A stretch of 64,000 bases of DNA, taken from NCBI RefSeq assembly GCF_006345805.1, contig NC_043013.1, positions 28,644,001-28,708,000 of the forward strand, written 5' to 3'. The notes under the pieces are model-generated. The model was not told the DNA's origin. It saw nothing but the letters and a program-made list of their open reading frames with translations, and made no database searches. Within the stretch, counting starts at the first letter, position 1; every line of letters starts with the position of its first letter. This DNA is from Octopus sinensis (lineage: Eukaryota). The translations under genes were made by a program, and so were the position numbers. Below are positions 1 to 13,078 of the stretch, one piece after another.

Positions 1-127
1 GCTGACACTTTCCATCATACCCAACAAAATAAGCTGCGAAGTTTCATATAATAATAATGATAATAACGATTCCTGATTTAAGCACAAGTCTAGCAATTTT
101 GAGTGGAGCGGGGTCTTAGTTGATACC

Positions 128-356
128 TATTTCTTTATTACCCACAAGGGGCTAAACATAGAAGGGACAAACAAGGACAGACATAGGTATTAAGTCGATT
201 ACATCGACCCCTGTGCGTAACTGATACTTAATTTATCGAACCCGAAAGGATGAAAGGCAAAGTCAACCTCGGCGGAATTTGAACTCAGAACGTTGCGACA
301 GACGAAATACCGCAAAGCATTTCGTCCGGTGTGCAAACGTTTCTGCCAGTTCGCCA
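128..356 (-). mobile_element. Full-length tRNA-headed SINE (family A) nested in an older copy of the same family
   Basis: Minus-strand head GTGGCGAACTGGCAGAAACG, B-box-like GAGTTCAAATTCC, 3' end TAATAAAGAAATA. Flanked by a 19-bp direct repeat CGGGGTCTTAGTTGATACC (109-127, 357-375). Host remnant at about 70-127 and 376-495. Confidence 0.9.
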
Positions 357-1789
357 CGGGGTCTTAGTTGATACCATTGACTTCTGTACTTGGCTGGTAT
401 TTTATTTTATCTTGAGCAGATAAGAGGCAAAGTTGACCTTAGGAGGATTTGAACTCAGAAAGTAAAGAACCAGAAGGAACGCCACAAAACATTTCCTTCT
501 TTGGTCAAACATTTATGCAGAAGCCCACAAATTTGTGGGGAGGACAACAGTTGCCAACACTGAATTCACCCCCATCTCAACACAAACAGCTGGCTGTGGT
601 TGGTTGGTTGTTTGGTTGGTAGCATGGTTACCTTAGTGGTTTGCTTTCAGGTCAACTCTGATCAAGCTGATTTATCAGAAGATTTCCAGCCATAATTCTC
701 CTTGTTTTTTTTTTTACAACACAATAGAGTAAAGACTCTCAACATCCCTTTTTCATCTTTTTTACAAATGCCCACCCCTAATTTTTGATAAAAAATATTA
801 AGCAGAAGATTATTTTAATCAAATGGAAGCTAATTCTGCTTTTATTGCTTTTATGGAATATTCTAAAGAAGCCATTGCTTTCATCATCAACATCATTATT
901 TAATAGCCATTTTTTGGGTGGAGTTTGCTGTGATAGATTTTCCTTGTGGGCTGGATGCCCTTCCTGCCACCAACACTTCCATGTTTCCAAGTAAGATAAT
1001 ATTTGTCCATGGTCAGACATGTTTTTCATGGAAGACTGGAAACAACTTCACCTGTATGACAATGATGCTCATTCACAACCATCACATGATATCTAGACAA
1101 GGGTCTATAGACAGACAGACAGACAAACAGACACAGACACACATACAGAGGACAGTCTTCTTTCAGTTTCCATCTACCAAATCCGGTCAGATCAGTGCTA
1201 CATTTGAAGACACTTGCTCTGTGGGCTGAATCTGTGACCATAGGGTTGTGAAGCAAGTTTCTTAACTGCAGAGAGAGAGTGCATTGAGAATAAAAGTGAG
1301 ATAGTAGCACAGGTGAATGGTAATCAGGCCTTGACACATCATCAGCCATGTTTCTGTTCACTGATAACACAATATTCTTCACATTTTGGAATTTCAACAA
1401 AGATTATTTTTGAAAAGTATTGTATATCTTCCTCATGGCTTAAATATTTTGAGTTCATCAACACACGATATAAATACACTGCTAACATGGCTAACTTATA
1501 AAAATGTCAATGGATATTTCATTTCCATGTAGAATCCCAGCTGTTCTATACACCCAGCAGCCCTCATCATATACCCTTGACATATATCACCCCTTTGTGA
1601 GTTTGCTATGTCTGCAATGAAGTACTTTTGCCCTGGTTAAAAGCCAATGCATTAGACTATGATTTGAGGAGGCTTTAGCTGTTATGTTTAGAAGGCCAGG
1701 TGACATTGTAGTGGCACTTATTTTCGCTCAGTGTTGAAGTAGATAAAACGCACAATGTTTAGGATTACATATTTTTTGACAATCTGTTT

Positions 1790-2161
1790 AGCTACATGGC
1801 CATAATTGGCACCTATGCCAGTGACACATAAAAAGCACCTTTCAAGTGTTAGGCCTCATGGAGGCAATGACAAATGATTGAGATCTTTGGCATTATGCCA
1901 AGCTTGAAAAGAAGACTCATCAAGCCAAGTAAAATCGTTGTCATGGCAGATACTGGTGCCATGCAAATGGCACCTATGCTGGTGGCATGTAAAAGCATTC
2001 ATTACACACTTGGAGTGGTTGGCATTGGGAAGGGCATCCAGCTGTAGAAACCATGCCAAATCAGACAGGAGTCTGGTGCAGCCTTCCAGCTTGCTCAGCC
2101 CGGTCAAACCGTCCAACCCATGCCAGCATGTACAATGGATGTTAAATGATGATGATGATGA
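1790..2161 (+). mobile_element. (GAT)n-tailed retroelement fragment (family C, probably RTE-related)
   Basis: Core GGAAGGGCATCCAGCTGTAGAAACCATGCC...CCCATGCCAGCATG then (GAT)n. Many further copies, e.g. 880-990(-), 3355-3560(-), 6540-6850(-), 10020-10190(+), 18280-18490(+), 21160-21500(-), 43740-44180(+), 57410-57630(-), 63600-63960(+). RTE affinity is inferred. Confidence 0.75.
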
Positions 2162-2288
2162 TTACAATATTTGATTTGGCTCTCAATTTCCCAATAAATT
2201 CTTTGACTAAAAACCACGTGTAAGATAGTGTGATGTCTTACCTAACCAGTTATCCATCTACCCATACACATTCACACACACCCACACA

Positions 2289-2321
<33 letters not shown>

Positions 2322-2523
2322 CTGTCTCTACATATCTATCCATTCATCTACCTAACTCATATATTTATTTTAAATTTGTTTACAGGAAATGTTTTGAATA
2401 TGCAAATAAAACTCCTGTTCCATTATGCCAGCCACAGTCTAAAGGTACTGACTGGTGAACCAGTTTTAGGGGATTGCATTGAGCTGTACCAATATAATGT
2501 AGGATAAATATAATAATAATAAC

Positions 2524-2910
2524 AATAATCATTGGATGGAATTCATAAATATTTTAATGCATTGCTATGCATGTTTCCACAAATCCCATGTTTCTTAAGA
2601 TCATAGTATGTATTCCTAGGATGATTACAGGGTTGTCTGTAGTATTAAAGGGTGTCAGGTAGATGATCTTCATGGATTAATTTCTTCAGGCAATATAACA
2701 TTAATGGATGTTTAACAGAGGGGTGTTTATCCCTTCTGACCAGTGCCTGAAGAAATGAATCCATGAAGATGATCAACCTGATGCTCATGGATACTATGGA
2801 CTACACTGTAATCATCTCAGGAAGATGGGCTGTGATTTTAAGACACATGTGATTTGTGGAAATGCATGTAGTGATGCATTAAATGTTTTAAATTCTATCC
2901 AAGGATTATT
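2524..2910. repeat. Degenerate foldback element, about 170-bp inverted arms
   Basis: 2524-2692 is the diverged reverse complement of 2744-2910 (e.g. GATCTTCATGGATTAATTTCTTCAGGCA vs TGCCTGAAGAAATGAATCCATGAAGATGATC); about 50-bp spacer. Confidence 0.75.
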
Positions 2911-4940
2911 GTTATTATTACTATGCCTGTCATCTCTTATGTCCCTACCGTAAGGCTTCACTTCCACACACGCCAGCTTAATTTAATTCGTCCCTAGTCG
3001 AAAGACACCTGTTGTTAATGTCCTTTATTTACATTTGTATTTGTGTACCATTTCTCCATTTTTTCATCCTTGTTTTCATATACATTCGCTGCTTTCTTCC
3101 ATGGAATCTAGCGCTCTTAGCTTAGTTTTTCCTTGGATCTGGTCAAATTGGAGCAATCTCAAGTATAAGCAGCTGAAATTGCAAAGATAATCTTGAACTC
3201 AACTGAAGAAAGAAAAGTCTGAATGACCCGTCCTTGTTTTTTGTATCGTCTGTCTGGATGTTTTGTTGTCTCTTTTTGTATTATTTAGCTGTCTGGATGT
3301 TTTGCGTTCTTGTCCCATTTTTGGTATTTCTTTATATATATATATATATATATATATATCATCGTTTAGTGTGTGTTTTCCATGCTGGCATGGATTGGAT
3401 GGTTTGACCAGAGCTGGTAAGCTGGAGAGCTGCAATCATGCTCTATTCTAATTCGGCATGGTTTCTATGGCTGGATGCCCTTCCTAATGCCAACCACTTT
3501 ACAGAATGTACTGGGTGCTTTCTACTTGGCACCTGCACAAGACTCTTGCAGGCTATTCCTCTTCACCAGGGGGTGCAGCCTTTTAACAATGTATATGTGT
3601 GTGTGTATGTGTGTGTATACATATATATATTAAATTATGAATTAAAAGCAGCTCTAGTACTGTTTACATTAGTAAAACTACTTTAAATTTGTGATTTAAT
3701 ATTCATCCACATGTGCTATGCCTCAGCACATCAGCAAATAGATTTCAATTTATTTGCATTTAAATTCCACACCAACGAGTCACTTTGAGATGATCCGAAT
3801 ACATGGTACTGATAAGCCACAAATAATGATGAAAAATCAGCGTCCAGCATTCTTGGTAATTCCAAGGTGAGTTCTTCAACGTTTGGCATCATATAGAGAG
3901 TTCTCCCCAGATGCTATCCTGCAGCAAATTCGGCATAAAGACTAAACACATACACTATGTATGTGTGTGACTGATAATATATCATCATCATCATCATCAT
4001 CATTTCAATGTTCGCCTTTCCTTGCTTGCTTGGATTAGAGAGAGGTAGATTTTCTGTGGTCAGATACTCTCCCAGACAGCCCCCACCTGGTTCCAACTAA
4101 GATAATGTTTCTCAACGACCAGACATGTTTTTGCAGAAGATTGGAAACGAGGGACACCACTTGCATGACAGTGGCACTCATTTACAACTATCACACAGTG
4201 TCAAGCCAAGGAGACAGTAACACACACATACGCACACACACACACACCTGTATGATGAGCTCCCACACAGTTTCTATCTACCAAATCCACTCCCAAGGCT
4301 TTTATTGACCCAGGTCTATAGAAGAAGACACTTGCTGAACGTGTCATGCTTGTGTTTCCATATGGTTGGGAAGCAAACTTCATACCTTCATACCGCAAAG
4401 CTACACCTGTGCCTACATACATATACGTATGTGTGTACATGTATATATACACACACACACATATATATATATGTGTATATGTATGTAAATATCTCTCCTT
4501 ATCTCTCTCACATATATATTTATTTTGTGTATGTGTCTGTGTGTATTTTCCTTTCTGCCTTAGCTTACTATCTCTTCTCTTCAGCTTACTTCATTTTCTT
4601 TCTTTGTATAAATGTTTATCAATCAATCTAGGGTAATTAACATTATAATGGGTTTTGTTTAAATTATCTTCACTACAAATCAAGTTTAACATTATTAGCA
4701 ATATATAATTACTATTGTCACACAACTAGCATCTGCATCACCATCATCATCACCACCATCGTCGTCTTCGTTGTCGTCGTCATCATCTTCTGTAGCTCTT
4801 TGCTCCGGTTTTTTTTTTCCATGTTGCTATGACATTGCCTCTCATTGACAACATTTGTCTTCAGTTAATTCGTCTGTAAATTTTGAAATCCTCCTCAGCC
4901 TCACATACACACATGCACGCACACACACTCACATACACAT

Positions 4941-4973
<33 letters not shown>

Positions 4974-6352
4974 CACACACCTGAGTATACAGAAGTTAAT
5001 TACAGCAATGTAATAACTAAACCAGAGGTGATGGTGGTGGTGGTGGTGGTGGTTGTGGTAGTGGTGGTGGTAGTAGTAGCAGCAGCAGCAGCAGCCATAC
5101 TACCACTACTGCTGCTGCTGCTGCAACTCATTTGCATGTATAAATCAAAATGATCAGAAAACAAATTGAAATAATCTCGGAAACAAATTAAAATATCATT
5201 TATCTGTTTCAGCCATTGGACTGTGACTATGCTGGAGCACCATCTTAAAGGGTTTTAGTTGAACAAATCGACCCCACTACTTATTTCTCAAATCTGGTAT
5301 TTATTCTATCAGTCTTTCTGCTAAACTTCTAAGTTAGAGGGGGGAATGAAAACCTAACAAACAGTGGTTCTTTTTTAAGAGGTGGTGGTTGGAAAATATG
5401 AACACAAAAACACACACACTGCACATAAACGTATGCACATACATATATATGTATATATACACACATATATTGATCACTGAATCCACAATTTTTTTTTATT
5501 CTTTCTGTATATTTCCTTGAAACATAAAAGATTTTCTCACTTTCCTGAGCATCAAACTAATACTCCTGCTTGTTGTTCATACACCTGTTTCGCCTTGTTT
5601 TTCTGTAAATTTCAACTATGTGTGTGTATACACACACACACACACATATAAGATAAGTTCCCATACAATTCCCATCTACCAAATTAACTCACAAGACATT
5701 GGTCAGCCTGGGGCTATAATAGAAGATACTTGCTCAAGGTGCTGTGCAGTGGGACTGAACCTGAAACCACTTCATTTCAAAACAAACTTCTTAACCACAC
5801 ACCCATACCTGCAACCATGGAAGTTATTCAGATTGAACATAAAATACATTTGTGGTTTGAATTGTTTGAACTTCTGCTGGTTTGTTGATTTATTTTAAAT
5901 CTGAAATCATTTCATTATTTGAATTAGATCTGAAATGTTTCATTTACTCAGCTCTTATTTCTAGCAGGTCGAGCTACCATGTAGATGTGTGTTCCTTGGT
6001 TTGTGGCAATGATGAGAATGATGACAATGGTAATGAGATGCTTTAGCATAAAGTAGCACTGGTCTATTTACTATATATCATCATCATCATTATCGTTTTA
6101 ATTCTTTTACTTTCTTTTTACTTGTTTCAGTCATTTGACTGCAGCCATGCTGGAGCACCACCTTTAGTCAAACAAATTGATCCCCGGATTTATTCTTTGT
6201 AAGCCTAGTACTTATTCTATTGGGTTCTTTTGCTGAACCACTAAGCTAGGAGGACGTAAATGCACTAACATCAGTTGTCAAGTGATGGTGGTGGTGGTGG
6301 TGGGGGAGACAAACACAGACGCACACACACACACACAAATATATACATATAC

Positions 6353-6388
<36 letters not shown>

Positions 6389-6403
6389 ATATGTGTTTGT
6401 ATG

Positions 6404-6434
<31 letters not shown>

Positions 6435-7029
6435 ATATATATATAGCAGAGTAAGCACATAAATGCAAAACAAAGTGGGAAAAATAGTGCTCGAATACCA
6501 GAGGTAGAGTAATATGCTTTATTAAAAGCAGCAAAAATATCGGTTTGACTGGGCTCACATGCTGGAAGGCTGCACCAGACTCCAGTCTGATTTGGCATGG
6601 TTTTGTACAGCTGGATGCCCTTCCTAATGCCAACCACTCCGAGAGAGTAATGGTTACTTTGCATGCCACCAGCACGGGTGCCATTTGTGTGACACCAGGG
6701 TGTTTTTACGTGTCACCAGCATGGGTGCCAATTTGCATGATACTTGTGTCTGCCAGAACTGCAATTTTCCTTGGCTTGATGGGTCTTCTTCTCAAGCACA
6801 GCATGAGGCCAAAGGTCTTGGTCATTGCCCCCGTGAGGCCCAACACTCTGTAATCATTTATTTGCTGTTCTGAAAATAAAAGCTGGAATGCTTTCAACTA
6901 AAGGTCCATTCAATCAGAATCTAACATTAAGTTAAATGACGAGAACAAACACAAAGACCCCTGTAGCCCCTTTAATGCTAACCTCCCTGAGACTGCTCTT
7001 GGAGGTAGGACACAAATTTCATGATTTAA

Positions 7030-7240
7030 CCCTGTAGCATTTAGATTACTCCATTAAATGTAGTGCTTATTTATTCACATTGTTCTTAATTATTTAGGCA
7101 TTATCTCATAGCTTTGAGATTGTTATGATGTGATTATGTATTTTCAGAATGACATTGCAGAGTAAGTGTAAGAGGCCAGATCTGGTCATAGCACAAGTAG
7201 AATATTCTGGCTGGGTATGACTCGTTTAAATGCTAAAGAG
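7030..7240. mobile_element. piggyBac-like MITE
   Basis: TTAA|CCCTGTAGCATTT ... AAATGCTAAAGAG|TTAA: TTAA at 7026-7029 and 7241-7244, with terminal inverted repeats. Confidence 0.75.
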
Positions 7241-7362
7241 TTAAAGTTATCTTTTATCTTTTACTTGTTTCAGTCATTTGACTGTGGCCATGCTGGAGCA
7301 CTGCTTTGGAAATAAGAAAGGATGAAATATGAAAGCATGAAAATACTATAAAAACTAACACA

Positions 7363-7434
7363 TTCCCATACCAGAAATTGAACCTGGGCTGCCTGGGTGA
7401 AAGCCAGGAATCTTAACCACTAGGCCACATGGGA
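7363..7434 (-). tRNA. tRNA-Glu(TTC) copy, probably a pseudogene
   Basis: TCCCATGTGGCCTAGTGGTTAAGATTCCTGGCTTTCACCCAGGCAGCCCAGGTTCAATTTCTGGTATGGGAA, 72 nt. Anticodon arm CCTGG-CT TTC AC-CCAGG; 7-bp acceptor stem; T5 run 9 nt downstream. D-stem mismatch and G53-U61 suggest decay. Confidence 0.8.
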
Positions 7435-7489
7435 ATGCTATTTAAATGAAAACCTATCAAAGTTTTATGTTAATTTATAATCCATCATC

Positions 7490-8130
7490 ATCATCATCAT
7501 CATCATCGTTTAATGTCGGTTTTCTATGCTGGCATGGGTTGGGCAGTATGACTGAAGTCTGGAGAGCCAGTGGCTGCACCAGGCTCAGTCTGATCTGGCA
7601 ATGTTACTACAGCTGGATGCCCTTCCTAACACCAACCACTCCGAGAGTGTAGTGGATGCTTTTTACTTGCCACTGGCATGGGAGCTAGTCAGGTGGACCT
7701 GGCATCGACCACTTTTAGATGGTGCTTTTTATGTACCACTGGAATGGGAGTCAGTCAGGAGGCACTAGCATCAGCAATGTTCGGATGGTGCTTTTTACAT
7801 GCCACTGGCATGAGAACCAGTCAGGGGGACCTGGCATTGATCACGTTCAAATGGTGCTTTTTATGTGCCACTGGCATGGGAACCAGTCAGTGGACACTGA
7901 CATTGACCATGTTCAGATGATGCATTACATGTCACCAGAATGGGAGCCAGTCAGGGGGCACTGGCTACAGCTACGATTTTGGTTTTACTTGACTCAACAG
8001 GTCTTTTCAAGCATATCATATCGCCCAATGCAACATTGGCATTGGCCATGGCTGCGATCTCACTTTAGTTACTGGGTTTTCTCAATCACAGCATATCTCC
8101 AAAGATCTCAGTCTCCTGTCATTGCCTCTG
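7490..8130 (-). mobile_element. Family C element with an internal 66-bp tandem array
   Basis: (CAT)n at 7490, family C core, then five 66-bp units starting at 7655, 7721, 7787, 7853 and 7919. Confidence 0.8.
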
Positions 8131-9079
8131 TGAGACCCACCAGTTTAATAATTTTTCCTAACTTCAGCAATTTGAGCAGGGGTTTGTTGATTACATTAAT
8201 TACCAGTATTTTACTGGTGTTTATTTTTATCAACCCCCAAAAGAATGAAAGGCAAATTTGACCTTAGTTGACCAGGATTTGAACTCAGAACATAAAAAAA
8301 ACCCAGCTTAACAATGACAGCTATTTTACTAAATTCTTCATTATTTTCGGAATTAATTGAAAAACAAAAGTTGTGTATTTCAACAGAGATATAATAACAA
8401 AGGGGTAATTTTTTTTTGTTTTGATCTCGTTGCTGTGTACTGCAGGCGTCTTTTGTCAATTCACAGCACTCAATACCAGCCAGCCAGCCTGCCAACCAGC
8501 ACAGTCTTTCATTATTAATAAATTTTTATCAACCAACTGACCTAAGATGCAGTGTCTATCAATTCTTTTCATAATTCAAGAAATATCAAAAGTTAGGACA
8601 TTTTCTTTTTTATTTATTCCTTTCCACCACCATCCATCTTTTCATATGTCAATATCGTCTCTGTAGGAAATTTTCAATAACTTTTGTACTATTCTTGTAG
8701 ATATAAATCTATAAGATATTTAGTACCTGAAAATAGCTGAAATTTCTTATGATTGGTTATAATTCTTAGTTAAATCTTGGTAGGATAATGTCATAGAACA
8801 GTTGGATATGGCATTAGAAGATTCTTTTTGTCACTGAGAATTTTAATTATATTTCCTATTTAGATAGTAAATATATATAAATAGGTATCTTTCAGATAAA
8901 ACCTACATTCATCTGTGTATTGTTTCTGTGGTGGCTTTTTAAATTTAACCAATCTGATGGTCAGAATTTCTAAAAGAGAAATTTATGCAATTGTTTTGAA
9001 ACTTGGCTGTGTGGTTAAGACACTTGCTTTGCAACCGTGTAGTTTCAGATTCTGTATTTACTTGTGCTTACGGTGGTAT

Positions 9080-9250
9080 TCACCTGGGGTAGGTTGAGCT
9101 GGTTCTGACCAACAAGTTCACTATGTTCCTCATGTATGCTGACCACATTTGAAAGTTGGTTCTCGTGTTCTTGCAGGCAAGGTAATGCTTCTACCTGTAT
9201 CCCAAAATTCCAACTTGCAAATTTGATAAAATGCCTCCTCCCCACCGCAC
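9080..9250 (-). mobile_element. Possible degenerate N-terminus of a LINE APE endonuclease
   Basis: HFIKFASWNFG...NVVSIHE loosely resembles the APE motif I (xxWNV) and motif II (D/N-I/V-xxIQE) pattern. Confidence 0.3.
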
Positions 9251-9784
9251 TGGGAAAGCAAGCACATTGGATACCATGGACACTGTAGCTGTAATCATTT
9301 GTTGTTGAGGTGTGGAGGTCAGGTTTGGAGTTTTAGTGGGAATACAAGTTCACATGGGGTCCCCTGTTGCATGCATGGTGCCTGGTCACATGCAGGAAAC
9401 CTTGGACAAGTGTCTTCTACTTATAATCCTAGATCCACCTAAGCTTTGTGAGTGGAATTGGTAGATGGAAACTAAAAGAAGCCTGGCATATGCATGTGTG
9501 TGTGTGTGTGTGTTATGTGTTTATGTGCATTTATGTATGTTTTTTTGTGTGTTAGTGTTTCCTTGTCTTGCCATCTGATAGATGTAAAATAGTGTCGCCA
9601 TCATGCAAGCAGTCTACTTTCAATCTTTTGTGAAACTATATCTGGTCACAGAGAAATATTACCTTAGTTTGAAATAGGTGAGGGTTGGTGACTGGAAGGG
9701 CATCCAGTCATTAAAAACCCATCTCAACAAATTTCATCCAACCCATGCAAACATGAAAAAAGTGACGGTAAAATGTAGAAAAGA

Positions 9785-9843
<59 letters not shown>

Positions 9844-11334
9844 GTGTGTAAATCTACGTGATGGGCTTCTTTCAGTTTCCATCTGCCAAGTCCACTTCCA
9901 AGATTAAAATCCCACTCCAAATGACATTCAAGTCCTGATATGCAAGATCATGTTAAAAATAAATGTATTTTGACCCTTATTTTGACCCTTGCAGCCTTGT
10001 GTGTTTTTAGTGAATTAATTCCAGCTGGGCATCACTCCTGAAATGGTTGGCATTAGGAAGGGCATCCTGCCATAGAAACCATGCCAAATCAGACTGGAAC
10101 CTGGTGCAGCTCTCAGTCAAACCGTCTAACCCATGCCAGCATAGAGAGTGGATGTTAAATGAGGATGATGATGATGATGATGATGATGGCTCAAGTCTAG
10201 TTTCAAATGACTGCAGTGTATCTGTAACTGAGAAGGTGAAGTTATGCTGAAACTGTGTGTGTGTGGTAGTCTGCGGATATCACTTGTGTTTATGCACCCA
10301 ATAAGTGTATAGGAGAAATTTGTCCACTGAAAAATTTTCTTAGTCATCCACACATGGATGACCTCAGGCAGACAGAGAAGAAGGAGACAAAGAGAAGATA
10401 GATAGACTATTTATGCTTTTACTGCAGAAAACAGATGTAGCCAGTCTAAACTTCATTACCCTTAACTGTGGAAAGCAGTTTTAAATATCAGTTGGAGGAA
10501 TGTCACGTTTGAAACTATTTTCTGTGAAGATATGTCAAATTTACTGAGGCAACATGGCTTACAGAGAATACTGGTTTTCTATTTTTTGGCAGATATTTAA
10601 CATCATTGCTGGAATAACCATGAAATTTAATTTCGCAGTGAAAGGATTTAAGATAGGGCTATAGACATGCAGAAAGAGATATCTGAAAGGAATAGTGATT
10701 TCTGGCTGGAAAGAGATATCAAAGGAAATGACTAAAAGGGTTTACCATAGACATACATTGAAATGGAGTCACTGAGCATGATCAAGATATTGAAAGACAA
10801 AGAAAAGACAAACAAAAATAGATTAGAAACAGATTGGCACAGAGGGAATCTGAATGAGAGAACACAGAGACACTCTGTATGTTCAGAAATGATTAAAACA
10901 GAAAGTTATTGACAGCCCTGTTTGTTTGTTTGTTTGTTCATTTTTTAAAGGATTTCTGGAGCTTGGCTGTCCAATGGTTTCTTTCATTTATAAAGAGGGC
11001 AAGGAGATTTGACTGCTATTTCCATCAGGCTGAGCAACCACATTTAGTCCTTCAGTGGAAGCAAAACAAAAGACAAGGTGACTTAGTTTACATGTTGTAC
11101 ATAACCTATTGGTCTCTTTTTGCTGAACTGCTAAGTTACGAGGATGTAAACAAACCAACGCTGGTTGTCACATAGTGAATGAATAGGGGAAATAAACACA
11201 AACATACGCACATACACACACACATGCACAGACACATGATGGGCTTCATCACAGTTTCTGTCTACCAAATTCACTTACAAGGCATTGGTTAGTCCAAGGC
11301 TATAGAAGAAGACACTTGTCCAAGTTACTACATG

Positions 11335-11366
<32 letters not shown>

Positions 11367-11799
11367 TTGGCCATACATCATCCTGTGATGCATCTTGACA
11401 CATTATCAGTGATGTTTCTGGGGTGGGAGAGAAGAACATTGGGTGTTTTGGGTCCTTTCAATAACAATCGGAGATTCTGTCTCACCACAAAGGTGGCAAC
11501 CTAGCCAGGGTAGATCAAGCCACTGAGCGAGTATCCAGCTAGCACTACCCCTGGGTAGCACTGCCTCATGTAGTGTATGTTGAGTGTTAAATTTCCCTGC
11601 TTAAATGTGAAGTGTTTGTGAAATGATCACGTGCTTCTTATCTTCCGTGTTGGAATGAATATCTGCATGTATGTTTGTGTATTTAGTGAGAGAGAGAGAG
11701 AGATGGGGGTGGAGTGACTGTAGAATGTGTGTTCTAAGGACTATATCACATAAATATGTGATATATTTCATCAATACAACTGTAATAACTATATATATC

Positions 11800-12119
11800 C
11801 ATCTATCTGTCTGTCTGTCCATCTGTCCGTCCATCCATCTATTTATCTGTGTGTCTGTCCGTCCGTCCATCTATCTATCTATTTATCTATCTATCTGTCT
11901 ACCTGTCTGTCTGTTCATCCACCCATCTATTTATCTGTCCGTCCGTCTGTCCGTCCATCATATCTATTTGTCTGTCTGTCTGTCTATCTGTCTGTCCATC
12001 TATCTATCTATTTATCTGTCTGTCTGTGTGTCTGTCTCTCCGTCCATCCATCCATCCATCCATCCATCCATCTATCTATCTATCTATCTATCTCTCTATC
12101 TACCTATCTATCTATCTAC

Positions 12120-12183
<64 letters not shown>

Positions 12184-12229
12184 ATCTATCTATCTATCTA
12201 GCCACTTATCTGTCTGTCTATTTATCTAC

Positions 12230-12299
<70 letters not shown>

Positions 12300-12352
12300 C
12301 TATCTACCTATCTATATCTATCTATCTCTCTATCTCTCTATCTATCTATCTC

Positions 12353-12393
<41 letters not shown>

Positions 12394-12425
12394 TTGTCTG
12401 TCTGTCCTTTTATCTATCTGTCTAT
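11800..12425. repeat. Compound tetranucleotide microsatellite (ATCT/ATCC/GTCT/GTCC)
   Basis: Directly visible, about 620 bp. Confidence 0.95.
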
Positions 12426-12979
12426 CACACACACACACACACATACACTCACACATATATATGTCAGGATGCTGTGATCTGTGAGTAAAAGTAAAAGGTA
12501 TTTACTCTTTTTTTAAGATGTGTTTAACTTCTCTTCACATTTACACGTATCCATCCATGCACACACACACACACACACACACATTTTCGTGTGACTGACT
12601 TTATGCTGTTGCATACGGTGCGTGTATGTGTATCTTTACACAGATTCACACGCACACACACATATATATACACATATATATGCAAACGCACACCTTTGCA
12701 CACAGTCACACTTACACACACTTACAAACACACACACACATATCTATGTGTGATAGCTTCTTGCCAATGCGTGGGTCTCTGCATTAAGAGTAAATGTTGC
12801 TTGTTCAACCATAAGGCCGAAATTCCCTGCAGCAAAACATCGACAGCAGAACTTCAAAACCTCAAAACCTACAGAAACAAAGGAAAGAAGGAAGAAACAA
12901 AAGAAAGGAAGAAAGGAAGGAAGAAAGGAAGGAAGGTAGCAACCTCTTGAACACAGAGTGACATATCTATCTTCCTTTC

Positions 12980-13008
12980 TCTGTCTCTGCTTTTCTCTTT
13001 CTTGCTTT

Positions 13009-13078
<70 letters not shown>

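Noticed and set aside
3195-3240. Hammerhead at CTGAAGA-AAGA..TCT-GAATGACCCGTC
   Set aside because: GAAT instead of GAAA, and poor stems I and III; cannot be supported from this copy.
7719-8261. 180-aa ORF with 22-aa repeats
   Set aside because: Product of the 66-bp array in a high-copy repeat; no recognisable domain.
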